From the IMG/VR virus record IMGVR_UViG_3300000227_000004, positions 55,274-75,273 of that record: a stretch of 20,000 bases of DNA; one strand, given 5' to 3'. Positions 1 to 9,065 of the stretch are shown in pieces. The DNA comes from an uncultured virus (IMG/VR IMGVR_UViG_3300000227_000004). Taxonomy: Duplodnaviria; Heunggongvirae; Uroviricota; Caudoviricetes. Both the position numbers and the translations under genes were made by a program. Position 1 is the stretch's first letter, and every line of letters begins with the position of its first letter. The notes beneath the pieces were generated by a model that ran no database searches, was not told where the DNA came from, and was given only the letters and a program-made list of their open reading frames with translations.

Positions 1-827
1 AGCGCATCAGTGTCGTTTAGTACGTGGTTACTGGCTGTAAGGGGTTGTTCTATCCGACCCCAACATGTGCTTGAAAAGAAGTATGTCAATGAATCTGACA
101 GGATTCTAGTAAGGTTAAATTTTGCAAAGTTGTTGTTATTTATGATGTTTTCCGTAAAGCTGACACTTTTACTATCCCCAGTTGAATACTGCATGCCTTC
201 TGGGTATAACAAATCGGCCATAGATGTTACCGGGCAAATAAATATAAAGGGCTGTCTAGTAATAAACGGGGCTAACATAGTTGCGAGGCCAGTATCTATA
301 TTTCCCTCCAGGATTATCTCAGTTCCATCAAGCCACTTGCTCCCTGCCGCCTTCGTTTGCTCTAGCTCCGAGAGGGGGGATGGGTTATCTCTGGATGATG
401 AAGATCCACGTCGTTCTGGGGGAGAGCATAGAACAGATCCTGCGGGAGATATGAGCTTATATGTCAGCACCATACCTTTCCCAAAGTACTTTTTTACTAT
501 TTTCTCACTCTCCCGCTGTAATATGTCCATGTCCCTTGCCAGTGGTGCAGACGCGGCCTCCCCAGATTCTATCTCAGTATCTCTATACAATGATATTGCA
601 AGCCCCTTACCGCACTGAGTAATAAAGAAGTGACCTTCTTCTGCAGGACGAGAGTATGCTGCTATCGCCTCTTTGAACGAAGATTGGAAGGAGTAAGCAG
701 TGCTGCATCCCTGCAGTGATTGGTGCTTAGCCGTGAATATATTTCTATCGTAATAGACAGAATTTAAAACCTCGTTTCTGTTTAGTGCGACGGTTTTAAG
801 GTCATCATTTGTTAGTATCTTTTTCAT
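1..827 (-). CDS. Hypothetical protein, running off the left window edge (>=275 aa); absent from the ORF track
   Basis: Manual translation: ATG at 827 with AAGGAG 7 nt upstream, MKKILTNDDLKTVALNRNEVLNSVYYDRNIF..., open to position 1. Overlaps the end of the upstream 186-aa gene. Confidence 0.8.
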   Translation of the reverse strand, partial: MKKILTNDDLKTVALNRNEVLNSVYYDRNIFTAKHQSLQGCSTAYSFQSSFKEAIAAYSRPAEEGHFFITQCGKGLAISLYRDTEIESGEAASAPLARDMDILQRESEKIVKKYFGKGMVLTYKLISPAGSVLCSPPERRGSSSSRDNPSPLSELEQTKAAGSKWLDGTEIILEGNIDTGLATMLAPFITRQPFIFICPVTSMADLLYPEGMQYSTGDSKSVSFTENIINNNNFAKFNLTRILSDSLTYFFSSTCWGRIEQPLTASNHVLNDTDA

Positions 828-1365
828 ATATTAGCTCCTTTGATTGTCCACCCTCTAACGGATAGGATACTTCCACTGCCCCGTTGTCAAGCAGACTAAC
901 ATCCAGCTCCGCGCCAGCTATTATTTTTATTTTTGGAGAAAAAGTAAGTTCATAAACGTTCTTTCCGTTCTTAGCCGCCCATAAATAGTCCACATCTAAG
1001 CCTACTTTTTCAGCAGTCGCCCCAGTGATATGGGCGAGTTGCACCATTTTTGCAGTCCCTCCAGAAGTCACAATATGTATGTTACTCGGGGATGCTCTTA
1101 TTATTGTCGACAAAACATACCTGATCACACACAGAAACTCTTTGTTGCCGTAAAACGGGTTGTCTATTGGAATGGGTATGACCATTGAGCTCCTGGTAAG
1201 AGGGGCCGCTATCTTAGTTACATTTGAAAATGTCTTAGGGTAAAGTATTATCGAATGTGTGACATAGTATTTTTTAATATGCTGCACAAATGCAGAAAAG
1301 TAATCCTCTTTCTGCGTTGCTGTTTGCCCCGTGGGGAAGATCATTACAGATGAAGGTCTTTTCAT
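805..1365 (-). CDS. Hypothetical protein, possible stand-alone CARF-like (Rossmann) domain
   Basis: 186-aa ORF in the gene run, starting 2 nt after the upstream stop. Alternating beta/alpha pattern. N-terminal MIFPTGQT and IHIVTSGGTAKMVQLA resemble the CARF [DN]xTGGxKxM motif. The fold call is by eye only. Confidence 0.45.
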   Translation of the reverse strand: MKRPSSVMIFPTGQTATQKEDYFSAFVQHIKKYYVTHSIILYPKTFSNVTKIAAPLTRSSMVIPIPIDNPFYGNKEFLCVIRYVLSTIIRASPSNIHIVTSGGTAKMVQLAHITGATAEKVGLDVDYLWAAKNGKNVYELTFSPKIKIIAGAELDVSLLDNGAVEVSYPLEGGQSKELIYEKDTNK

Positions 1366-1367
1366 TG

Positions 1368-1949
1368 TTATTTACCAACTTTTCCAGGAACTACTTTCCC
1401 ACCGAAGGCCACTGCGTTATGCAAGAACAATATTTTTTGGCCCGGCTTAGGCGCAGGGGCAGAATGATAGTTCGGATGAATCTCTACCTTATTTTCACTC
1501 TCTGTAAAAACTATCATGAATGGTTCTTCAACGTAGTTTTCTATGAGAATTTTTCTCTCGTTAGCGTCTGCCTGCGCAGTAGCCACAGGCTTCGGAACTT
1601 CTCTCGATCTGACTGGAGGTGCTGGGTCTTGAGTGGGGGGTGGCGCCTTTGCATACAGCCCCACACTCGGTATAGAAGTATTCTTGCAGAATTTTGCAAA
1701 GGCGGCTTTGTCCATATCAATGGCAGCCAGTATTTTATCCAAGCTACTATCTGGGATATCTTCGAACATGCCCTCTAGAAAGGCCTTAAGTCTGAGGTCA
1801 GAAAGGTCAGCCACGTTGGCTAGGTCTTTCTGTGTAACGCTTTTACCGTCTTTTTTGTAGTTATTAACGAGTTTTTTAACTAGCTCACCGCGAGTTTTTA
1901 TCTCTTTGGTGTTTCTTAGTATTAACCCTTCGTACCATTTTGCTGGCAT
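1368..1949 (-). CDS. XRE-family helix-turn-helix protein with Pro-rich linker
   Basis: VTQKDLANVADLSDLRLKAFLEG...SSLDKILAAIDM fits the Cro/CI-type HTH pattern. AAGGAG RBS upstream. Overlaps the helicase 3' end. Confidence 0.65.
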   Translation of the reverse strand: MPAKWYEGLILRNTKEIKTRGELVKKLVNNYKKDGKSVTQKDLANVADLSDLRLKAFLEGMFEDIPDSSLDKILAAIDMDKAAFAKFCKNTSIPSVGLYAKAPPPTQDPAPPVRSREVPKPVATAQADANERKILIENYVEEPFMIVFTESENKVEIHPNYHSAPAPKPGQKILFLHNAVAFGGKVVPGKVGK

Positions 1950-3643
1950 AAAATGCTCTCCTTGGTCAGTTTTGTTGTTTCGAGATCAATGATTTTTGGC
2001 AAATCGGTCTGGATGTTCACGTCTCCTATTATGTAATGACTCCTGACCGAGAATGTTTCGATTATAGTCTTCGTTCTTTTCTTGCTGCTTCTCTCCAAGC
2101 CGCGGATTTTGTTGTCAACAAAATCTATGACAAAAGCTACCTGCTTCCCGTGCGCAGATCGCACCACCCTACCAGCACGCTGTATTATTGTAACAGAGCT
2201 TTCAAAAGGAGTTGGGAAAAGTATCGCGTCTAAATTGGGGATGTCAACGCCTTCATCCAAAGTTGTTGTTGCCAAAATCACTTTGTTTTCTTTTTTAATA
2301 GTATCTTCTAATATTTTTGCCCTAGCTGCGGCCTTAGTCTCTCCGATGATTGAGGCGTTTTTTATACCCATACTATCTAGGTTCATCTGCAACGCTTCAA
2401 TTAGCCAAAGGTGATTTCCACAAACTACTGCAGAAGTTAGACCTTTAGAGGCCAAGACACGCAGCACGTTTATTACTGCACTAAATCTGCCAGGTTCAGC
2501 TAGAAGTTCTTTGTAAAACTCCGAGTTATGGAAAGAGAAATTATTTAACTTGTCCACTGAATCTGGGAATAAGTAGCCCTCGACATTTACTTTTAATAAA
2601 GATATTTCTGCTAAGTGCTGAGACACACTAGATTTTCCCACCATCACTTTCCTTTCTGAGAAAAGACCTTCCAGCATTAATACTTGTCCATCAGTCCTGT
2701 TTGGGGTAGCGCTGCAGCCATATACAACTGACGCACCAAGCGACGAAACTATGTTATAGTATGAGAACGTAGGAGCCACATGAGCCTCGTCCACTACGAC
2801 CATTGACTGAGGACTCTTCATGTTTTCATCCCCGAAACCGAGGTCTCGCAGCCCCTCTTTGTGCTTAGATTTTATCAGAGGCGGCGGGATTGGGAGGGAT
2901 GCTACTTTTTGGCCTGTTATCAAATCTGGGACGGGCTTACTCAACACAATCGCTTCATTGTAATCTGTAGCGTTTGCTAAAGACTTAAACGAGGCAATCA
3001 GTACGTTGGAATCTTTGTCCCCGCAGGTCAATGTTCCACTTGCCAACGTGCTGGGAGCCTTCCCTGTAACAATCTTTAGCGCCTTCTCCCATTGCGGGAT
3101 TAGCATTAATCTGTGACAAAGTATTATTGTTGGAAATGAGAAGTGTTTTATGGCGCCTGACATAGTCATAGTTTTACCACTACCTGTCATGGCGACTAGC
3201 AATCCTCGCTTGTTTTGCACTAATGAGTTGACACTGGCCTGCTGGTACTCTCTAAGTATGTTTAGCTTTTGCGGAATTTTTTCAAATACTGACATAGTCT
3301 CCTGTGAGAGATCCTTGTATCTACCTGTGGAGTCATGCACATAAACTACTCGTGTCGATATAGATCTTAACACCTTCCGTAGCAGGCCCAACGGCACTCC
3401 AGTGTATCCCATAACTCCCGGGCAGTTACTTACTGGAGTGGCGGCCATTAAGTATCTTGGTAAATAACTTGGCACTGTCCATCCCATAACTCTGCTCATT
3501 TTCTCTGCATGAACTAATCTGGGGTTTTTCTCCATTAACACCTGCCGGGCCATTGCAGCAAGCACGGGCTCGTCAGATTCATCTTGAGAAAGTACATCAA
3601 AGCTATTATAATATATATTAATCCTGATCATTGGAGACTCCAT
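1922..3643 (-). CDS. Superfamily 2 DExH helicase (UvsW/XPB/ResIII-like); true start may be the ATG at 3631
   Basis: Q motif LREYQ, Walker A AMTGSGKT, motif II VVVDEAH, motif III SATP, motif V DEGVDIP, motif VI QRAGRVVR. Confidence 0.92.
   Translation of the reverse strand: MESPMIRINIYYNSFDVLSQDESDEPVLAAMARQVLMEKNPRLVHAEKMSRVMGWTVPSYLPRYLMAATPVSNCPGVMGYTGVPLGLLRKVLRSISTRVVYVHDSTGRYKDLSQETMSVFEKIPQKLNILREYQQASVNSLVQNKRGLLVAMTGSGKTMTMSGAIKHFSFPTIILCHRLMLIPQWEKALKIVTGKAPSTLASGTLTCGDKDSNVLIASFKSLANATDYNEAIVLSKPVPDLITGQKVASLPIPPPLIKSKHKEGLRDLGFGDENMKSPQSMVVVDEAHVAPTFSYYNIVSSLGASVVYGCSATPNRTDGQVLMLEGLFSERKVMVGKSSVSQHLAEISLLKVNVEGYLFPDSVDKLNNFSFHNSEFYKELLAEPGRFSAVINVLRVLASKGLTSAVVCGNHLWLIEALQMNLDSMGIKNASIIGETKAAARAKILEDTIKKENKVILATTTLDEGVDIPNLDAILFPTPFESSVTIIQRAGRVVRSAHGKQVAFVIDFVDNKIRGLERSSKKRTKTIIETFSVRSHYIIGDVNIQTDLPKIIDLETTKLTKESILCQQNGTKG
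3584..3612 (+). promoter_or_regulatory. Sigma70-type promoter for the small plus-strand gene
   Basis: TTGAGA (3584-3589), 17-nt spacer, TATAAT (3607-3612), followed by GGAG (3633-3636) and ATG 3644. Confidence 0.6.
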
Positions 3644-3943
3644 ATGTTGTTAGAACTCATCAAAGCCGCTATCACCAAAGAAGCCGCTAGCAAACTTAAT
3701 GCTATTACTAAGTCCATCCCGCTAAGCAATAGTCAGAGTAATAAAAAACTAGATAAAATATCGCCTCCTAAGCAACCAAAGGCCACTGCCCCGTCAAGCT
3801 TAAGTGGCATGGATCTCATGGCCCCTCCTACTAACCCACAGGGCAATATGAAAACTCCAGGAATGGCCTACGTAGACAACATGGTCTCGGCCCCAGCTCC
3901 AGCCTTAGTAACAGAACTTAAGGCAGTGAATGCCGGCAGTTAA
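3644..3943 (+). CDS. Small low-complexity hypothetical protein (99 aa), opposite in orientation to its neighbours
   Basis: ATG 3644 with GGAG RBS and a near-consensus promoter. It fills the polA-helicase gap, and its TAA overlaps the polA stop (TTAA 3940-3943). The ORF-track TTG start at 3584 coincides with the -35 box and is unlikely. Confidence 0.65.
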   Translation: MLLELIKAAITKEAASKLNAITKSIPLSNSQSNKKLDKISPPKQPKATAPSSLSGMDLMAPPTNPQGNMKTPGMAYVDNMVSAPAPALVTELKAVNAGS

Positions 3944-6546
3944 AAACTACTTAAGTATTTCTCAACCGACATAGTACTCCCCCAGTTATCTCCAACACTT
4001 ATACCCACAGACATACTCAGGCATTCTGGGAAGCGATACTTAGTGTATAGTGGGATATCTTTTGTCATCCCAGCCTCTATGGCAGATATAGTCTGCAGAA
4101 TATTATCTTTATTTTTTGGGCAGATCGCTAGGATTTCATCATGTATAAAGCCAATGATTTTTGCCTGAAAGGGCAACTCACGCATTCTCGCACTTGCGTA
4201 TATGCCCCCCTGCTTGGTCATCTCGGCTGCCGATCCCTGTATAGGATGGTTTTGACTTCGTCTCAGGCACGACATCAGAGTTTTATAGTGCTCATACCCG
4301 TACTTTAGGCCCTCTATCGACAAGTCTTCTCTTACAAAGGGCTCACGACTGAAAAGACTATCTGCGCTATTTATTGGAATTGTAGGATCTAGTGGCGTGT
4401 AATACCGTCTACGGCCTAGGACATCTTCTGAGTATCCATTTTTAATTGCAAACGAATACTTCTCTCTGATCCAAGGTTTTATTCCTGGGAATGCAGAAAA
4501 ATAATCCTGGAATATCTGCTTAGCAGACTCCAAAGTAATCCCAGTTCTTTGAGCGAGAGTGGGCTCAGATCCACCGTAAACTAGCAAAAACGTTACAGCC
4601 TTTGCAATGTTTCTTAGCTTAGGGAATTTTGCCTTAATTTCCCATATTGGCGTATCTCCAATTTGTGCAGCAAACACTTTACTGGTTACTAAATCATGAA
4701 CTTCTATTCGTCTACAGTAGTCAGGTGTCCCAATGCTTGGGGTTATCTTTGGGCAGTGGTGTTTATCGTGAATTTTACTACACTTATAACACGGGTTATA
4801 TGCCCTGAGAAGGTACTCATCAAGGCAGCTGGCTGCCAGTATAACTACTTCCTGCCCAGAATAGTCAACTGATATTATACAGTATCCGTCCGGGGGGATA
4901 ATTGCTCGTCTTATCAAATCTGAAGCTTTTTTCGGCAAATTCTGGAGATTTGGGTTTGTACATGAGATTCTGCCGGTTTCAGCAACGGTCTGTAGAAAAG
5001 ACGGGTGGACATTATTAGTGACTGGATTCAGCCTTTCTATGAATGAAAGCGTGTAGGTGCTTTCTAGCTTTTTAAGCCCCCGCCGCTCAAGTATCTTTCC
5101 AAGTATTGGATCTCCAGTCTTTTCGGCGAGCTTCTCCAGTGCCTCTACGTCCACTGATGGGCTTCCTGATCCTGTTTTCTTCTCCGGAGTATAATTTTTG
5201 ACAGTATACAGTTCGTTGCACAACTGGGCTGCTGAATCTACATTTATGCCGTTTAGCGCAGCTGACAATTCAACTCCCATTTCGTCCACTTGCTTTCTAA
5301 GCCGTAGATTCAATTCTGTCAAGTACTCCCGGTCAAGACCAAAACCAGTGAGTTCAGCTTCAGCCAATACTTTCAGAAATGGCATATCCACATCTTTGAG
5401 GAGATACTTAAAGTCTTTGTACAATGGCCACATTTGGGCCATCATTAGCAGCGCCTCATTGCAACAGTCCTTCACACAATAATTAGCTATCTTGTTTATG
5501 GGCACTGACGGAAGAGCTTTGAAGAAAGATTTCCCCTCTTTCCACTCCTCAATCATAGGAAAGCGATCGGCCACCGAACTCCCTAAGTTAAACCGACCAC
5601 TCAGTCGGCAGTCTAGTATGTATTCACCTATCATTGTGTCTAAAAGCAAATCTAATGATACTGAGAAATTAGTTTTAAAGAACTGGTACTCAAATTTAGC
5701 GTTATGTGCTACTATTTTTCGCTTCACCAATATTTCATGCACAAATTCGTGGATTTTTGACTTAGGTAGTATCTTTGCGTAAGTTATGTCTTCGGTTGAC
5801 TTAATGCCTTCTGAGGAGAATGATGCCTGGTAGTCTAGCTGCCCCCCGATAGGCTGCTTACACGGAATGTAAAAACCTTCAGATGCATCTACGCAAAGCC
5901 CGATACCTAGTATGTCACTAGTATATGGGTCTAGTCCAGACGTTTCTATATCTATAATTATGGGGTATGCTTTCTCTGTAATTTTTGAGACTAGCTTGGA
6001 TAAAGTGGCGTCGTCATGCACTACATGCACTTTACAAGGCATCCCCTGTGCTGTTAGTACGTATTTCTCAATTATGTCTTTAATTATTTTTCCAATTTTT
6101 TCCAGATCAACGTCACTAGCTACCGCACCGGACGCCAGCAAAGATTCATAGTCTCGTTTTATTAAATCTTCCAATAAATAGCCCTCTGTGGCATTTTTAG
6201 CGTATAGCACTGTTTCTTGGGCAAGAGCTGCGCTACCATTGGTTGAGAAGACAGTCATTGTGTGTGGTGCGCTCTTGGCGTTAATAAATCGGTTATATTT
6301 AAGTGCTGCGTTTAAATCGCTGATCTTTGGCTGAGATAAATGCCTGCTGTTAGGCACCAGCAGGTTAAATAGTCGAGATATGTCCGCCAAATTTTTTGGA
6401 AGGGAGGCGGAAACAAGCTGTATGACTCTGTCCAATCCTGCCGGATATGGCAGAAAGCCAAGCCCAGGAACAGACACGGTAGTGCGCGGCACCACCCCCA
6501 CTTCTACCCGGTGTCTTGGCCTCTTAATTATGTCTGACAATGTCAT
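3940..6546 (-). CDS. polA: Family A DNA polymerase with 3'-5' exonuclease (phage type)
   Basis: Exo motifs IIDIETSG, HNAKFE and YCVKD. TGRISCTNPNLQNLP, motif A VDYSGQE, motif B RNIAKAVTFLLVYG, NHPIQGSAA, motif C IHDE. AAGGAG RBS. Confidence 0.96.
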   Translation of the reverse strand: MTLSDIIKRPRHRVEVGVVPRTTVSVPGLGFLPYPAGLDRVIQLVSASLPKNLADISRLFNLLVPNSRHLSQPKISDLNAALKYNRFINAKSAPHTMTVFSTNGSAALAQETVLYAKNATEGYLLEDLIKRDYESLLASGAVASDVDLEKIGKIIKDIIEKYVLTAQGMPCKVHVVHDDATLSKLVSKITEKAYPIIIDIETSGLDPYTSDILGIGLCVDASEGFYIPCKQPIGGQLDYQASFSSEGIKSTEDITYAKILPKSKIHEFVHEILVKRKIVAHNAKFEYQFFKTNFSVSLDLLLDTMIGEYILDCRLSGRFNLGSSVADRFPMIEEWKEGKSFFKALPSVPINKIANYCVKDCCNEALLMMAQMWPLYKDFKYLLKDVDMPFLKVLAEAELTGFGLDREYLTELNLRLRKQVDEMGVELSAALNGINVDSAAQLCNELYTVKNYTPEKKTGSGSPSVDVEALEKLAEKTGDPILGKILERRGLKKLESTYTLSFIERLNPVTNNVHPSFLQTVAETGRISCTNPNLQNLPKKASDLIRRAIIPPDGYCIISVDYSGQEVVILAASCLDEYLLRAYNPCYKCSKIHDKHHCPKITPSIGTPDYCRRIEVHDLVTSKVFAAQIGDTPIWEIKAKFPKLRNIAKAVTFLLVYGGSEPTLAQRTGITLESAKQIFQDYFSAFPGIKPWIREKYSFAIKNGYSEDVLGRRRYYTPLDPTIPINSADSLFSREPFVREDLSIEGLKYGYEHYKTLMSCLRRSQNHPIQGSAAEMTKQGGIYASARMRELPFQAKIIGFIHDEILAICPKNKDNILQTISAIEAGMTKDIPLYTKYRFPECLSMSVGISVGDNWGSTMSVEKYLSSF

Positions 6547-9065
6547 ATTTTGTCACTCCTTTCCACAGACATCATAGCTGCGAGACTCTCTATTTCCCTA
6601 ATCTGAGCTTTAGTTACAGATGCTGCCATATCTATGAGACCATACGAAAGCTCTTTTATCTTGGGATATATCTTCTCCCGAATATCACGAACTATGTTTT
6701 CAAACATCAGGTAAAGCTCCGAGTATTTATTATGGGAAACAGATACGGCCCAGGCAATCTCCCCCCGAAGGACATTCACAGTGTGGGGAAGTCTCAAATG
6801 AGAGAGCCTATCATACCCTTTCGGAAAATACTGCTTTATGTAGCTATCTGATGGGCAGATTAATCCAGTTGTGTCCATCCATTTAAGATACACTGCTGCA
6901 TATTTTTTTAAATTATGAATCTTTGCCCTCAAGTTTCTTGACTTGCCCCTTGCCAGTCTAATCGTTACCCCAGGCTTGGGGCCATCATACTCAAGAAAAG
7001 TAATACCGAACACCTCACGCTTTTTCGTCCCTAGTATAAACTTAGTTTTTTCCGGAGAAATATGTAAATTTAGCTTACTAAATGCTTTCTTAATAACACT
7101 AATTATCTTTGACTTTACCTCGGTGTCAGGGGCTTGATCTAGTATTACTGTCCAGTCATCTACATAAACACGCACGTGCCCCCCTAGACTGGCCAGATCT
7201 TTTGATACTGAGTCAGCCAAATAAGTCGCCACATAGTTAGCCAACACCGGACTCGTTCTAGTGCCCTCCGGCAATCCATCTGTGTGGCTCGTCATCAAAT
7301 CCAAAGTCAATTCATACCCAGTCAGTATGCCGGCTTCTACCTCTTTCCAATAAGAAATATCGTTAGTAAAATCACAGAGCTCCGTCCTGTTACTTCTAAA
7401 GATATGTACCAGATCTGTAAGCGTTGACAGTGGCAAATCAACCGAGTAATATCTGCTCCCCACTTCTAAGATTAGTTTACTTGCCGTAGTTCGGTGTGTG
7501 CATATTCTCACTTTTAAGTTGTCTGGGGCTGTGAGTAGGGAGAACCCAAGCCCCGGCTCCGATAAATAAAGATATTTATCTCCCGCATAGATATACTCAG
7601 TACCTGCTATTTCCACCGACTTCAGCACTTCTAGTTGACCCTCCTCTGTAGTACTCAAGTAGGTCAATGTTACGTTTGCATTCGGAGTGCAGGTATCTGT
7701 CCTCTGCTTAGTATCTAAATAAATAAGCTTATCGGCATGTGAAAACTTAGATATATTTGGAACTATTGATATATGATAATATTTATCCGCTAGTAGCGCA
7801 GTGTAATCTTTACCTTTTATTGTGAAAGTGTGTGACCCGTTACTCGCATCCAGCACTGTGCATACGCTTCCATATGGGACTCTATGTGCTGATATTTTGG
7901 GCACGTCCGCACTTGCAATTTGCATCGGGTGAAAGTCACTTAGGTCATCTTTTGTAGGATCAGTGTCCAGCCTTATAATAAATCTTTGTCCAGGTGAGAC
8001 TGGTGCCCCGGGGAGTGGGAAGTCAGCTGCGCAATCTTTCGGCAGAATTTTTGGGCAAGGGGAGATCAACAGCAGGCTTTTGTGCATACTCAAGACTATT
8101 GTGTTCATGTAGTTTGCAATATGTACTAAGTGTGCCTGAAGTGCTGCCTTTCCATCTTCTGTCCACCTCCCTATCTCTGGAACTAAGCTCGACACTTTAT
8201 CCATTGAGAAGGCCCTGCTATTCATTACTCCAAACTTAGATGAATGTAGCGTCTTTAGAAGAATGAGAAGAAATATTACTGGATTTACTTGCAAAGCCTG
8301 AGCTCTGCACAGCAAGGCCAGCTTGGATAAGTATATGCTGATGTGTAGCAGGGCAGCCCCTACTTCTGACGTAGATGAATCTACTCCCAAGGATAATGAT
8401 TCGTTCTTAAAGAGAGAAGAGCCCTCACAATCTATTACCGGCACCGAGTAGTCACTCAATGAGTCAGGACTGAAGACTATTTCGTCAGGACTAACGTGTT
8501 GTAATATTGTGGGCTGTGGGGAAATGCGGGTCCGAAACTTATCGCTGGCCGTAAGGAGTGAGGAAAATAATATCAGTGCCTCTTTTTTAACAACGTAAGC
8601 CATGGACTTTATAACGGCAGGCCTTTTTGTTTCCCTAAAATAACTCTTAATATCAGTCTTAAAGACTGCCGCTTTTTTGTATGCCAGTCTCGGTATCTCT
8701 GTGACGTGCCGGCCGGCAACACCTCCGACAATCTCTTCTGGTATCAGGTTGGCAAATAGAGCCGAGTTCGGGTTCACTGTTAGAAATTTTTTGCTTTCGA
8801 GCACTCGTAAGTCTTGCGCAGTCGTCGCATCTCGTCTTTTTATGAGAGTAGAGAAACCTTCCGTGCGCCAAAACTCTCGCAGATGGACCCTTCGTGCGAA
8901 GACGGTCTTTTGATGATTTTTAAAAGTTGTGTGGCCTATCTCCAAAAGTTCACACGGCTTGAATATGTATCTAAACTTAGTCCCATTAGATTTTGGTATC
9001 TTGCTTATTTTATATAGAGATCGTTTTATTTCTGGAGTCATTATTCGTGCCATTTTCTTTCTCAC
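6543..9065 (-). CDS. Retron-like reverse transcriptase with a large internal insertion (840 aa; start could be GTG 9065, ATG 9053 or ATG 9041)
   Basis: YKISKIPKSNGTKFRYIFKP (RT1), GGVAGR (RT2), FKTDIKSYF (D138), GLPEGTRTSPVLAN (aa 597), YVDD (aa 634-637, nt 7155-7166), ISPEKTK, EVFGI and a retron-like thumb RNLRAKIHN. Confidence 0.9.
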   Translation of the reverse strand: MRKKMARIMTPEIKRSLYKISKIPKSNGTKFRYIFKPCELLEIGHTTFKNHQKTVFARRVHLREFWRTEGFSTLIKRRDATTAQDLRVLESKKFLTVNPNSALFANLIPEEIVGGVAGRHVTEIPRLAYKKAAVFKTDIKSYFRETKRPAVIKSMAYVVKKEALILFSSLLTASDKFRTRISPQPTILQHVSPDEIVFSPDSLSDYSVPVIDCEGSSLFKNESLSLGVDSSTSEVGAALLHISIYLSKLALLCRAQALQVNPVIFLLILLKTLHSSKFGVMNSRAFSMDKVSSLVPEIGRWTEDGKAALQAHLVHIANYMNTIVLSMHKSLLLISPCPKILPKDCAADFPLPGAPVSPGQRFIIRLDTDPTKDDLSDFHPMQIASADVPKISAHRVPYGSVCTVLDASNGSHTFTIKGKDYTALLADKYYHISIVPNISKFSHADKLIYLDTKQRTDTCTPNANVTLTYLSTTEEGQLEVLKSVEIAGTEYIYAGDKYLYLSEPGLGFSLLTAPDNLKVRICTHRTTASKLILEVGSRYYSVDLPLSTLTDLVHIFRSNRTELCDFTNDISYWKEVEAGILTGYELTLDLMTSHTDGLPEGTRTSPVLANYVATYLADSVSKDLASLGGHVRVYVDDWTVILDQAPDTEVKSKIISVIKKAFSKLNLHISPEKTKFILGTKKREVFGITFLEYDGPKPGVTIRLARGKSRNLRAKIHNLKKYAAVYLKWMDTTGLICPSDSYIKQYFPKGYDRLSHLRLPHTVNVLRGEIAWAVSVSHNKYSELYLMFENIVRDIREKIYPKIKELSYGLIDMAASVTKAQIREIESLAAMMSVERSDKI

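Noticed and set aside
10..618. 202-aa plus-strand ORF
   Set aside because: Antisense shadow of the minus-strand CDS starting at 827, which has a strong RBS and fits the gene run.
7325..8570. Intein within the RT
   Set aside because: No recognisable splice-junction residues or homing endonuclease motifs.
6543..9065. DGR or group II intron RT
   Set aside because: No TR/VR pair with adenine-specific differences was seen, the motif is SP rather than SQ, and there is no maturase/HNH domain or flanking intron RNA (the genes overlap on both sides).
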